Below, one piece after another: positions 8,187-18,085 of a DNA stretch of 64,000 bases (its first letter is position 1; every line of letters begins with the position of its first letter). A program made the position numbers and the translations under genes. Under the pieces are notes generated by a model. The model was not told where the DNA came from and did not search any database. It saw only the letters and a program-made list of their open reading frames with translations. Origin of the DNA: Cytophagales bacterium (lineage in GTDB: Bacteria; Bacteroidota; Bacteroidia; Cytophagales; UBA9547); contig JAAFIH010000026.1 in NCBI GenBank assembly GCA_013297755.1, positions 281 through 64,280 of the forward strand. The letters are read 5' to 3'.

Positions 8187-9146
8187 TTATAACTTTAATT
8201 CATCAATTTTGTCGTGTGCCATCAAATACATAACCCCTTCTTTGAGCGAATAAAACGACACTCTAAGTCGTTGCATAAAAAAAGTTTGTATAATATAATC
8301 CATCATCACACAAGCCACCACAATCATATCTACACGCATGGGCGACATACCTTTGATAGATCTACGTTGGTCTACATTTTTAGTAATAATTTTATAAAAT
8401 ATTTCTCCAAAATAATGCAAAGGCAAGTCATATTCTGTACCATGATATAAATCAATTTCAAGTTGATGGTCGGCAATAAAAATTTCGCAAAGGGTATCAA
8501 ACGACCCAGATGAGCCTATGAGTACTTTGGGATGATATATTTCTATGGCTTCTTTGAGTGGTTTGAGTGCCAAAGATAAATATTGTTGCATTTCAACAAT
8601 ACTTGATTGTAAAATAGGGTCTGTGGTTTGATATTTGTCGAAAAGTCGCTGTGCACCAATTTCAAAACTTTGTTTCCAAAAAATTTTATCATTATTGCAA
8701 ATGATAAATTCTACGCTGCCCCCACCAATATCCATCAAAAGAGAGGGTTCAAAACCTATATTTAGGGCTGCTTTTACGCCATAAAAAATCAGTTCAGCTT
8801 CTTTTTCGCCTTGTATAATTTGAACTTTTATACCAGAAGTTTCATAAATAGCAGTAGCCAGTTTTTCGCCATTTTTGGCATTTCTAAATGCACTTGTGGC
8901 AATGGCTGTTACGTTATTTTCGTCTATACGATGACTATCAATTACTTTTTTGAAATCTATTAGGGTTTGTATGGCACGTCCGCAGGCATCTTCAGTGATG
9001 ATATTGTTTTGAATACCACCAGCCCCAATTTTGACAGATGCTCGCAAATGTTCCAAAATATGGTATTTAGATTGTTTAATTTCTGTAATAAGAAGGTTAA
9101 AAGTATTGGTGCCCAAATCTAGCACTGCATATTTTCCCTCTTTCAT
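8187..9146 (-). CDS. Ppx/GppA-family phosphatase (exopolyphosphatase-like)
   Basis: YAVLDLGTNTFNLLI and MDIGGGSVEF actin-like ATPase motifs; 319 aa. Confidence 0.8.
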   Translation of the reverse strand: MKEGKYAVLDLGTNTFNLLITEIKQSKYHILEHLRASVKIGAGGIQNNIITEDACGRAIQTLIDFKKVIDSHRIDENNVTAIATSAFRNAKNGEKLATAIYETSGIKVQIIQGEKEAELIFYGVKAALNIGFEPSLLMDIGGGSVEFIICNNDKIFWKQSFEIGAQRLFDKYQTTDPILQSSIVEMQQYLSLALKPLKEAIEIYHPKVLIGSSGSFDTLCEIFIADHQLEIDLYHGTEYDLPLHYFGEIFYKIITKNVDQRRSIKGMSPMRVDMIVVACVMMDYIIQTFFMQRLRVSFYSLKEGVMYLMAHDKIDELKL

Positions 9147-9274
9147 ATTTTTTGTTAATTTATTTGCAAATTAATATATTTGAAAGCAATTTTCAAATAT
9201 TACGCTATCAAAAAAGGAATTAGATTTGAGTATTTAGTAATATTTGTAATTAAAAAATCGAATAAATAGCCAAA

Positions 9275-9691
9275 ATGTTTAGCCAAGAAGTTAAAATCAG
9301 GGTTCGCTATGCCGAAACCGACCAAATGGGATATGTGTATTATGGCAACTATGCTACCTACTTTGAAGTAGCTCGAGTAGAGGCCTTGCGTGCCTTAGGC
9401 ATGAGCTACAAAGCCCTAGAAGAATCAGGAGTGATGTTGCCAGTGTTGGAATACACCTGCAAATATTTGAAGCCAGCCAAATATGATGACGAACTGACCA
9501 TAAAAGTAACCATAAAATCAGTACCAACTGCACGTATTTTTTTTGAATACGAAGTTTTCAATCAATACAACGAATTGATAACCACTGCAGCCACAACTTT
9601 GGTGTTTATCATGGCTGCTAGTAAGCGTCCTTGTGCTGCCCCAGAGGCATTTTTGGAAAAACTAAAAAAATATTTTAATAACAATCAATAA
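9275..9691 (+). CDS. Acyl-CoA thioesterase, 4HBT/YbgC family
   Basis: VRYAETDQMGYVYYGNYATYFEVARVEALR hot-dog fold signature; 138 aa. Confidence 0.8.
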   Translation: MFSQEVKIRVRYAETDQMGYVYYGNYATYFEVARVEALRALGMSYKALEESGVMLPVLEYTCKYLKPAKYDDELTIKVTIKSVPTARIFFEYEVFNQYNELITTAATTLVFIMAASKRPCAAPEAFLEKLKKYFNNNQ

Positions 9692-9821
9692 AAAAATGAA
9701 ATAAATTTTGATTGTAAATATTAATTCTTAATTTTGCAATCCCAAATCAAAAAAGCGGTTTTGGTATATCAATATAAGTTTTTGTAAACTGTTGTTTACG
9801 AAGCGAAAGCAGACAAATATT

Positions 9822-9895
9822 GGTTCGGTAGTTCAGTTGGTTAGAATACATGCCTGTCACGCATGGGGTCGCGGGTTCGAGTCCCGTCCGAACCG
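9822..9895 (+). tRNA. tRNA-Asp (anticodon GTC)
   Basis: Cloverleaf read by eye: acceptor ggttcgg/ccgaacc, anticodon stem catgc/gcatg with loop ctGTCac, T-arm gcggg-ttcgagt-cccgt, discriminator g. No encoded CCA. Confidence 0.9.
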
Positions 9896-9951
9896 CTTTA
9901 AGTGTTGATTATCAATTTTTTACAAAAATTGAAATTGACAAATAAATTCAC

Positions 9952-9990
9952 AAAAAAAGCCTTACACATCAAATACGTAAGGCTTTTTTT
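9952..9990. terminator. Bidirectional intrinsic terminator after tRNA-Asp
   Basis: aaaaaaa-gccttac-(11 nt)-gtaaggc-ttttttt. Confidence 0.7.
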
Positions 9991-10377
9991 ATCAGTTTAC
10001 TTTCCTTATAATCTACATTTTTATTTTTTAGCCATTCCCTGATATGATAGTTGCTTGTTTGTTTTCAACTTTCATTTCTATTCCTGTAATACTTGGAATA
10101 ACATAAGGCAAAAGTTTTACAACTATCTCAAGCCTTTCTTTTGGTTCTAGTTTTTTTAGTTGGTTTGGCATGGTATCACTTTTATAAATTAATGTACCAA
10201 TGTCGTTAGCTTAAGAATCAGATTGTCATTTTCCTTTGAAGAAAGACTTAGATTCAGGCATTAAAAATACTTATATAAAGGACATTGATTAGTAATCTAT
10301 AATTCCATTACCAAAACTAACTTTACCTTTTTTTTGAACACTGATGTCAATGTATTAAATTGTACTTTATTTATAAA

Positions 10378-11343
10378 TCATTTTTTTGTTTTTGAAAAAT
10401 TTATTACATAAAGTCCTATGATTGACGGCATTAAAATATTGATAATCCAAAGCAACATACTCGCCAGTACAACGGCTTGTAAATCTGTGTTTGTTTTATC
10501 AAAAAAATACATGGCAGTGGCTTCTCTTACACCAAGCTCGTTGAAAAAATTTAATGTTGGTAATATTGATTTGACAAAAAATGTAAGCCAAACATTAAAT
10601 ATTACTTCTATTTTTGTAATATCTACACCAAATACAAACAAAAGCAACAAATACTGACATGTAAAAACCCCATACCTAAACCAAGATAAAAGTAAGTTTA
10701 TAACATGATCAAACCAAGTTAATTGATTAAAAAAATAAATTGAACCATTAAAATTGAAGTATTTTTGAAACCAAGAATTAATTTTTAAAGGCGAAATTTT
10801 GAGAAATAAGGTAATAAAAATAAAACTTGATAAAGTGATGATACATATTATTATAATAGGATTAAATAAAGTTGAATGAATTGGCTTGAGGTACCAAAAA
10901 CAAATATATGCTAAAGTTCCAAAGAATACAGTAATTAGAAATTGTGCAGTGCGACTCAAAAATAAAATGGTTATTGATTGAGATTGAAATTGGTCAGATA
11001 AGTAATATTTTTTTGAAAAAATATCTCCAATAATTTGTGGAGTAAATAAGCCAATACTTACCGATGCTGCAACTGATTTTAATACATCACTAAATTTGAT
11101 TTTTTCTAGTTTTATTGCGAAATAATATATTTTGAGTGCTTCTAAACTCCAATTGGCCAAAACTAAAAATGTGGCTAGAATTAAAATTAAAATTTCAAAA
11201 CTACCAAAATGATTAAAATAAGTTCCAAAAAAACTTTCAAATGTATATTTTTTGTTATCAAATACACTATATATATATGTAAAACAAAATAAATTTATAG
11301 ATAATTTTGTGAATAGTATAATTTTGTTTTTCGATAAATACAC
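10378..11343 (-). CDS. Polytopic membrane protein (possibly flippase-like/LPG-synthase-TM type)
   Basis: 321-aa ORF with about 8 hydrophobic segments and a GTG start. The function is guessed from architecture only. Confidence 0.5.
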   Translation of the reverse strand: MYLSKNKIILFTKLSINLFCFTYIYSVFDNKKYTFESFFGTYFNHFGSFEILILILATFLVLANWSLEALKIYYFAIKLEKIKFSDVLKSVAASVSIGLFTPQIIGDIFSKKYYLSDQFQSQSITILFLSRTAQFLITVFFGTLAYICFWYLKPIHSTLFNPIIIICIITLSSFIFITLFLKISPLKINSWFQKYFNFNGSIYFFNQLTWFDHVINLLLSWFRYGVFTCQYLLLLFVFGVDITKIEVIFNVWLTFFVKSILPTLNFFNELGVREATAMYFFDKTNTDLQAVVLASMLLWIINILMPSIIGLYVINFSKTKK

Positions 11344-11484
11344 TTGTATGTTAGATTTTTTAAAAAATATGAATTTAAAATATATTCTCTACTTATTTAT
11401 TACTTGGGTTTTAGCTAAATAAATAAAAATTTTGCAAATACTGAAGTAATTTATTTTATTTGAACAATTTTAATTAAATATAAT

Positions 11485-12444
11485 ATGAAAATGAAGTCTT
11501 TTGTTTTGGTGGCAAGTTTTATTGCTATTTTTTTGCCTCTAATTGTGCAAGCTCAAAACCCTAAACGAACTGCCAAATTAAGAAGCGAAGACCGAAAAAG
11601 AGCCAAACAAATGTCACAATCCAAACATCAATATGTTCCTTTAGACAGAGATACAGATTTAGATGGGGTTTTAGACATCAATGATAAATGCCCCTACATG
11701 GGCGAGCGAGGAAAAGTAACCCCTTTTGGTTGCCCAGAAGACAAAGATTTGGACGGTATTTTTGATAGTGAGGATGCTTGTATTGACAAAGCTGGTCCTA
11801 AAGAAAATCATGGTTGCCCCTGGGCTGATACAGATGGTGATGGCGTTTTTGATAAAGATGACGAATGCCTTACAGTAAAAGGGCCTCCTGAATTTCATGG
11901 CTGCCCAGATCAAGATTCTGATGGAATACCTGATTTGTTGGACAACTGCCCTAAAGAAAAAGGTACTTGGGCCCTCAAAGGATGTCCACCGCAAGATACC
12001 GACAAAGATGGAACGCCAGATGTGGATGATTTATGTCCTCTAACCGCAGGAATTGCAGAACTCAAGGGGTGTCCACCACTAAAACCTGAAGAAAAAGAGG
12101 CTCTCAAAAGAGCATTCGACAATTTATTATTTGAAACAGGTAGCGATGTAATTATAGAAAGTTCTTACTCTTCGCTTAACGATTTGGCCAAAGTAATGAT
12201 GAACAATCCTGGCATGAAATTGCACCTTGAGGGACATACAGACGATGTTGGTCTTGCTGAATCTAATATGATTTTGTCTAGAAAAAGAGCTGGTGCAGTA
12301 GAAAAATATTTAGAAGATAGAAGTATCTCGGCTACTCGAATTACATCTGAAGGATTTGGACAAACTCGACCCAAAATGCCTAATAATTCGGATGGAAATC
12401 GTAAAATTAATCGTAGGGTTGAAATGATTTTGAAATACGAATAA
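11485..12444 (+). CDS. OmpA-family protein with thrombospondin type-3 (calcium-binding) repeats
   Basis: Signal peptide, repeated DxDxDGxxDxxDxC motifs, and a C-terminal OmpA domain (LEGHTDDVG...SRKRAGAVEKYL...NRRVEM). Confidence 0.85.
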   Translation: MKMKSFVLVASFIAIFLPLIVQAQNPKRTAKLRSEDRKRAKQMSQSKHQYVPLDRDTDLDGVLDINDKCPYMGERGKVTPFGCPEDKDLDGIFDSEDACIDKAGPKENHGCPWADTDGDGVFDKDDECLTVKGPPEFHGCPDQDSDGIPDLLDNCPKEKGTWALKGCPPQDTDKDGTPDVDDLCPLTAGIAELKGCPPLKPEEKEALKRAFDNLLFETGSDVIIESSYSSLNDLAKVMMNNPGMKLHLEGHTDDVGLAESNMILSRKRAGAVEKYLEDRSISATRITSEGFGQTRPKMPNNSDGNRKINRRVEMILKYE

Positions 12445-12494
12445 CGTAATATTTGTATGATTCGGTCATTTTGATTTAAAATTAGATTTCAGCC

Positions 12495-13553
12495 TTGACA
12501 AAGAAAAAACCATCAGAAAAAGAAAAAAAAGTGTTCCAAAAAAGAGTAGTTTATATACTCGTTTTTGGTATTACTTTTGTGTTTTTGAGCTTTTATAGCT
12601 ACCAAATGTTGTTTACCGATAATATTTTGGTTGATAAGCCAAACAAAGTTTTATATATCAAAAAGAACGCTACATTTGCTGAAGTCAAAGATTCTCTAGA
12701 AGCTAGTTTTTTGCATGATAGACTTTCTTTTATGTTTTTATCTAAATTATTAGGTTATCGAGAAAACGTAATTCCTGGTAGATACGAACTTAAATCTAAC
12801 ATGAATAATTATCAATTATTCAAAAAAATACTAAAAGGGCGACAAGATCCACTTTCTTTGGTGCTAACCCCCACACGCACCAAAGAAGATTTGGCTCTAA
12901 AAATATCTTATAAAATTTGGGTAAGCAAAGATTCTGTGCTTCGATTGCTCAACGATCCAACTGTTGCAGTCAAATATGGATTTAATGACACCAATTTTGT
13001 AGCCATGTTTTTGCCTAATACCTACGAAATATACTGGACATGGTCTCCTTTAGATGTTTTTGATGTTTTTCAAAAGGAATACCAAAATTATTGGAACAAA
13101 GACAGGCTCACAAAAGCTAGAGAAATAGGATTAACCCCTGTCAATGCTTCGATTATGGCCTCTATTGTAGAGGCTGAAACCTACAAAAATGAAGAGAAGC
13201 CCAAAATTGCAGGTGTGTATATGAATAGATACAATGCCAATCAACGATTGCAAGCCGATCCCACCTTAATTTTTGCAACTCAAGATTTTTCTGCAAAACG
13301 AGTAACAGAATATCATCGATATTTTAAATCTCCTTACAATACATACATGAAAAAAGGCCTACCACCAGGCCCCATAAATACACCATCTTTGGCATCTATT
13401 GATGCAGTTTTGAATTACGAAAGACATGATTATTACTTTTTTTGTGCTAACCCAGAACTCAATGGGTATCATTTGTTCAGTAAAAATTTTGAAGAACACT
13501 TAGAAGTAGGCCGAAAATACTGGGCTTCGCTAGACAAAGCTGGTATACACTGA
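12495..13553 (+). CDS. mltG: Endolytic murein transglycosylase MltG (YceG-like)
   Basis: N-terminal TM anchor, then SIVEAETYKNEEKPKIAGVYMNR...LQADPTLIF...YNTYMKKGLPPGPINTP. TTG start. Confidence 0.85.
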   Translation: MTKKKPSEKEKKVFQKRVVYILVFGITFVFLSFYSYQMLFTDNILVDKPNKVLYIKKNATFAEVKDSLEASFLHDRLSFMFLSKLLGYRENVIPGRYELKSNMNNYQLFKKILKGRQDPLSLVLTPTRTKEDLALKISYKIWVSKDSVLRLLNDPTVAVKYGFNDTNFVAMFLPNTYEIYWTWSPLDVFDVFQKEYQNYWNKDRLTKAREIGLTPVNASIMASIVEAETYKNEEKPKIAGVYMNRYNANQRLQADPTLIFATQDFSAKRVTEYHRYFKSPYNTYMKKGLPPGPINTPSLASIDAVLNYERHDYYFFCANPELNGYHLFSKNFEEHLEVGRKYWASLDKAGIH

Positions 13554-13888
13554 AGCCTGATAATAATGCCGTTAAATTAATCTAACGGCCATATTTATAA
13601 GTAATTATTTATGTCAAACTTTTAATAGTTTTTTGAGGTTTTAGTAATAACCTTAAACAAACTGATAATAAACTATTTACATTCAATAATTTAAAATTAA
13701 AAAATAATATATTAAAGTTTAAACAAAATAAGTAAAAGTTACATTAAATAATTAATGTCTTTTACTCAAGAATCAGATTATCTTTCGCCTTTTGATAAAG
13801 ACCAAGAGAAAAGTAAAAAAATACTTAAGTAAACTACTTTTATTTTAAAATATAAATTCTTACTAATTTAATTTATTTTTTAACTATA

Positions 13889-15535
13889 TCAAATAGCTTT
13901 TTTTCTATACAATATTACATATTCTTGGCTTTGAGGTTGGCGATTAGCATCTGCATCAAAATAAAAATTACTTTGTCCCTGTGCAGCTACATCTACCAAT
14001 CCAACTATATTGTAGTTTTGTTGGGCATACTTACTATACCATTCAAAAATATCCATAGGCGAGCCTTGCTGGATAAGCCAAGATGTTCTAACATTGCAAT
14101 AAATTAAGAATTCTGGTTTGTTTTTTTCTATTTCTGCTATCATTTCGGCCTGCATTTTTTTATTAAATGGTTGATTTTCCATCAACCCATAAGTATAAAT
14201 GTGTCCTGTGGCAGATTTTCTATCAGCATATAAGGCTATTTGAGGCTCAGAGCCCAAAACAGCAATCATATCACTATCTTTAGAATTTCGTGTAATATAA
14301 TTTGCAATTTCTACAGACTCTACAAATGGATTTGTACCATATATCATTTTGCAAAGTGGGGCAGGTTTTGTTTTACTAAAATAAATCTTACCTTTTGCTA
14401 CTACTCCTATAGTAAGAAAAACTAAAACCGCTAATGGTACAAATTTAAGACTTTTTATTTTTAGTAAATTTGCAATAGAATCAGACGCAATACCAACAAG
14501 TATAGCAACAGCTGGTAATAAAACTATAAAATAATGTTGCCTAAAATAAAAACCTGGACATACTGAAGCTACTCCCATAATGGCAAAAAGTGTAAAAGTG
14601 ATTTTTTGGGTTAATGAATATTTTGTTACCCATAAAGAAATTACACCAACGAATGCTAATAACCAAAAAAACATAAATTCATCCCAAATAGGCTTAAATG
14701 TCATACCAAGTAGCATTTTACCTTGTTCCCAATCCACTCCACCTGCATATTTTGAAGCATATTCTACTGTCCAAAACCAAAATGTATCAAAATTTCCACC
14801 CATTAACATCAACAATAAAACAGTTAGGTATGGTAAGAAAACACCTAAAGAATAAATAGATGAATGTACTATAAGTTCTTTAAAAACATTACTTTTATTA
14901 AGAATATGATAGGAAATAAAAATAATACCTCCAAAAATAATAAAAAATACTACTTGTTGTTTCATCAAAAAGGCCATTCCAAAGGCTACTCCAGTAAGAA
15001 AAGCCCATTTATAAGTATTTTTTTCTAAATATTTACTCCAAAAAAACAAGGCAAGTGTGATGTAAAACGCTGCAAAATGAGTAGCATGGGCCGCAAAACC
15101 TAACATATTGACACTAAACGCCATGATTCCATAAGTAAGGGCAGCAGATAAACCTGCAATAGGGGAGATTAATTTTTTTAGACTAAAAAACAGCAATGTC
15201 ATCGTTCCTGCGTTCATTAAAAGTAGTCCCAAATGTATGCCAGTGTATGATTTTCCAAAAAATAACATCATAAAAGCATACATAAAATAGGTACCAGGTA
15301 GTTTCATATTATAGGCATCTTTGTATGGTAAAATACCATCTAAGAGTAACTTTCCCATGTATCCATATTCGCCTTCATCTCGCTCCAAGGGCATATCTAC
15401 CAACCTATATCTTAATAGAGCAATAGCTGCTAATATAATTCCAAGTAAGATATAGTAAATTTTATCTGAATTTATTTCATTTTGTAAAGGCAACGATATA
15501 GGTTTTGGCTGCTCTTTGGATATGTTTTTGGCCAT
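13889..15535 (-). CDS. ArnT/GT39-like membrane glycosyltransferase
   Basis: 548 aa with more than 10 TM helices. The first loop has DEGEYGY...LPGTYF as in PMT_2/ArnT-type enzymes. There is a soluble C-terminal domain. Confidence 0.6.
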   Translation of the reverse strand: MAKNISKEQPKPISLPLQNEINSDKIYYILLGIILAAIALLRYRLVDMPLERDEGEYGYMGKLLLDGILPYKDAYNMKLPGTYFMYAFMMLFFGKSYTGIHLGLLLMNAGTMTLLFFSLKKLISPIAGLSAALTYGIMAFSVNMLGFAAHATHFAAFYITLALFFWSKYLEKNTYKWAFLTGVAFGMAFLMKQQVVFFIIFGGIIFISYHILNKSNVFKELIVHSSIYSLGVFLPYLTVLLLMLMGGNFDTFWFWTVEYASKYAGGVDWEQGKMLLGMTFKPIWDEFMFFWLLAFVGVISLWVTKYSLTQKITFTLFAIMGVASVCPGFYFRQHYFIVLLPAVAILVGIASDSIANLLKIKSLKFVPLAVLVFLTIGVVAKGKIYFSKTKPAPLCKMIYGTNPFVESVEIANYITRNSKDSDMIAVLGSEPQIALYADRKSATGHIYTYGLMENQPFNKKMQAEMIAEIEKNKPEFLIYCNVRTSWLIQQGSPMDIFEWYSKYAQQNYNIVGLVDVAAQGQSNFYFDADANRQPQSQEYVILYRKKAI

Positions 15536-15729
15536 TTATGAATTAATTTTCAACAAATAAACCTATTAAATCCTAAAAATCAAAATTGTAAAAGAAATTT
15601 GAAGAATTTATTAAGTATTCAATATTTAGGAAAAAAAGTTGAAGTTTTTATAATTAAAAAAGTCTTGTAGAAACTACAAGACCTTAAATTAAAATCAAAC
15701 TAAAACACAACTAAACTTTACTAACTATG

Positions 15730-16233
15730 TCAATGATACATAGTTAGCATATCTTTGAGCTCTTTGCGAGCAATATGAATTCTATTTTTAACAGTTCCAA
15801 TGGGTATCTGTAATTTATCTGCAATCTCAAAATATTTAAAACCTCTAAAATACATTATAAATGGATCTTTATATTCAGCATCCAAAATATTAATTGCTTT
15901 ATTTATATCTTCCATAGCAAAATTTGTAGTAGCATAATTAACAGCCACATAATTGCTAGAGTTTATAAAATGTAAATTTTCGGTTGTATCAATAAAAGTA
16001 TTACGTTTTATCATTTTTTGATAATTGGTAATAAATGTATTTTTCATAATTGTATACATCCAAGCTTTTAAGTTTGTGCCTTCTTCAAATTTTTCTCTAT
16101 GAGTAAAAGCCTTAATCAAAGTATCTTGCAACAAATCTTTGGCATCATCCAAATCTTTAGTAAGACGCATTGCAAAAGGCTTCAATGCCTTAGCTATTGT
16201 ACTCAAATTGGCATTGAATTCTGTCTGTGTCAT
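15730..16233 (-). CDS. RNA polymerase sigma-70 family factor (ECF-type)
   Basis: Region 2 DLLQDTLIKAF...AWMYTIMKNTFI and region 4 FEIADKLQIPIGTVKNRIHIARKEL. ATG at 16233 is preferred over the upstream TTG at 16266. Confidence 0.8.
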   Translation of the reverse strand: MTQTEFNANLSTIAKALKPFAMRLTKDLDDAKDLLQDTLIKAFTHREKFEEGTNLKAWMYTIMKNTFITNYQKMIKRNTFIDTTENLHFINSSNYVAVNYATTNFAMEDINKAINILDAEYKDPFIMYFRGFKYFEIADKLQIPIGTVKNRIHIARKELKDMLTMYH

Positions 16234-16444
16234 ACTTACTTGTTTTGTTTTCTTTTCTTGATACAAATATACAAATAAGATTAATATCTACAAACTTTTG
16301 TTTAATTATTTTTCAAAAAAGTTAAACAAAAATATTTTTATTTATGTAAAACCCTCATTTTCAGCAATATAAGAATTTATTGTCGTTAAACAAAATTTTA
16401 TTTTATTTATTTAATAGTTACACTTTTTATTTATTTTTTCAGTT

Positions 16445-17464
16445 TTATGATACAGTATTGGTTTTATTTTTTAAAATATCAATGGCTGTATAGACTGCTG
16501 CTCTAAACGAATGTTCGTTGGCCAAGTTTTTTCCTGCAATATCATAGGCAGTTCCATGATCTGGAGAGGTGCGAATGGCTTTTAATCCAGCTGTATAATT
16601 TACCCCATCTTCAAAAGCCAACATCTTGAAGGGAATCAATCCCTGGTCGTGGTACATGGCCAATACTGCATCAAACGATGTATAAGTTTTGGCAGCAAAA
16701 AAACCATCTGCTGGGTAAGGTCCAAATACTAAATTGCCTTTATTTTTATGTTCCTCTATCAATGGTTTAATGATTTCTATGTCTTCTTTTCCAATTAATC
16801 CAGCATCTCCAGCATGTGGATTGAGGCCTAAAATTGCGATTTTGGGTTTTGTTATTCCAAAATCTTTTTTTAAAGATTGCAACATGATTTGCAAACGTGC
16901 TTCAATTTTTTCTTTTGTAATATCTTTTCTTACATCTTGTAGTGGCACGTGCATAGATACAACCGCAATTTTTAGATTTTCGCTTACCATAAACATCAGA
17001 ACCTCTGGAGCGGCAAATGCAGATTGCAAATATTCTGTATGTCCTACAAAATTAAAATCCACATTTTGGATATTTTTTTTATTAATAGGAGCCGTAACCA
17101 TAGCATCGATAAAACCATTTTTTAGATCTTCGGTACATTTTTGTAAAGATAAAAAAGCACATTTACCAGCAGTTTCGGTAACCAAACCAGGTTCTAGGTT
17201 GTAGTCTTCAGTCCAACAGTCAAGTATATTTATTTTTTTTTGCTGTGCATCTCCTATTTCATTGATACTGACAAAACCTATATCTTCAGACATGATGCAC
17301 AGTTTTCGGTATTTTTTCAACAACGATGTTGAAGCATATATCACAGGTGTAAAAAATTTCAAAATCTCACCATCGTTGATAGTTTTGAGGATAACTTCTG
17401 GACCTATGCCATTATAATCGCCTAGTGTAATTCCAATGATAGGTTTGTGTTGCTTTGATTCCAT
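16445..17464 (-). CDS. pdxA: 4-hydroxythreonine-4-phosphate dehydrogenase
   Basis: GITLGDYNGIGPEV, GHTEYL, LNPHAGD and SPDHGTAYDIAGKNLAN motifs. Confidence 0.9.
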   Translation of the reverse strand: MESKQHKPIIGITLGDYNGIGPEVILKTINDGEILKFFTPVIYASTSLLKKYRKLCIMSEDIGFVSINEIGDAQQKKINILDCWTEDYNLEPGLVTETAGKCAFLSLQKCTEDLKNGFIDAMVTAPINKKNIQNVDFNFVGHTEYLQSAFAAPEVLMFMVSENLKIAVVSMHVPLQDVRKDITKEKIEARLQIMLQSLKKDFGITKPKIAILGLNPHAGDAGLIGKEDIEIIKPLIEEHKNKGNLVFGPYPADGFFAAKTYTSFDAVLAMYHDQGLIPFKMLAFEDGVNYTAGLKAIRTSPDHGTAYDIAGKNLANEHSFRAAVYTAIDILKNKTNTVS

Positions 17465-17539
17465 GTTTTAAATAATTATTACAAATTACGTATAAATATT
17501 TTTATTATTGACTAAATTTAATTTAGATTTAAAAAATAT

Positions 17540-17616
17540 AATAATCAATAATCAATAATCAATAATCAATAATCAATAATCAATAATCAATAATCAATAA
17601 TCAATAATCAATAATC
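17540..17616 (+). repeat. Heptanucleotide microsatellite (AATAATC) x11, ending exactly at the ATG of the next gene
   Basis: Eleven perfect units counted from 17540. The ATG is at 17617. Confidence 0.95.
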
Positions 17617-17964
17617 ATGCATCTAGATCAACTTCGAGAATATTGTTTAGCAAAACCTCACACCACTGAATCATTGCCTTTTGATAACAAGACTTTGGTT
17701 TTCAAAGTCCTGTCCAAAATATTTGTTATTACAGATATAGAGTCTGAGATTTTAACTTTTGCTGCCAAATGTGATCCAGAAAAAGCCATAGAATTACGCC
17801 AACAATATGATTGGGTGCAACCTGGCTACCATCTTAGCAAAAAACATTGGAATACTTTAACCTATAATGGCACCAACTCCAAAATACTAAAAGATCTCAT
17901 CGACCATTCTTACCAACAAGTTTTGGCATCCATGACAAAAAAAGAAAAACTATTGATGCAATAA
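17617..17964 (+). CDS. MmcQ/YjbR-family DNA-binding protein
   Basis: LREYCLAKPHTTESLPFDNKTLVFKV...HWNTL pattern typical of YjbR; 115 aa. Confidence 0.75.
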   Translation: MHLDQLREYCLAKPHTTESLPFDNKTLVFKVLSKIFVITDIESEILTFAAKCDPEKAIELRQQYDWVQPGYHLSKKHWNTLTYNGTNSKILKDLIDHSYQQVLASMTKKEKLLMQ

Positions 17965-18011
17965 TTAATTTCAACTAACGATAATACAAATTTTTAAAAA
18001 GTAATTTACAC

Positions 18012-18045
18012 AAAAAAACCGTTCAAATATTTGAACGGTTTTTTT
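18012..18045. terminator. Bidirectional intrinsic terminator between yjbR-like gene and porin
   Basis: aaaaaaa-ccgttcaaa-tat-ttgaacgg-ttttttt. Confidence 0.8.
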
Positions 18046-18050
18046 GTGTA

Positions 18051-18085
18051 ATCAATAATCAATAATCAATAATCAATAATCAATT
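18051..18085 (+). repeat. Heptanucleotide microsatellite (AATCAAT = rotated AATAATC) x5, overlapping the porin stop codon
   Basis: Five perfect units from 18051, with the same unit and strand as 17540-17616. Confidence 0.9.

Noticed and set aside
10028-10171. 47-aa minus-strand ORF (MPNQLKKLEPKERLEIVVKLLPYV...) next to tRNA-Asp as a remnant of an integrated element
   Set aside because: No integrase is present, I could find no direct repeat of the tRNA 3' end, and the peptide has no recognisable domain. That is too weak to call.
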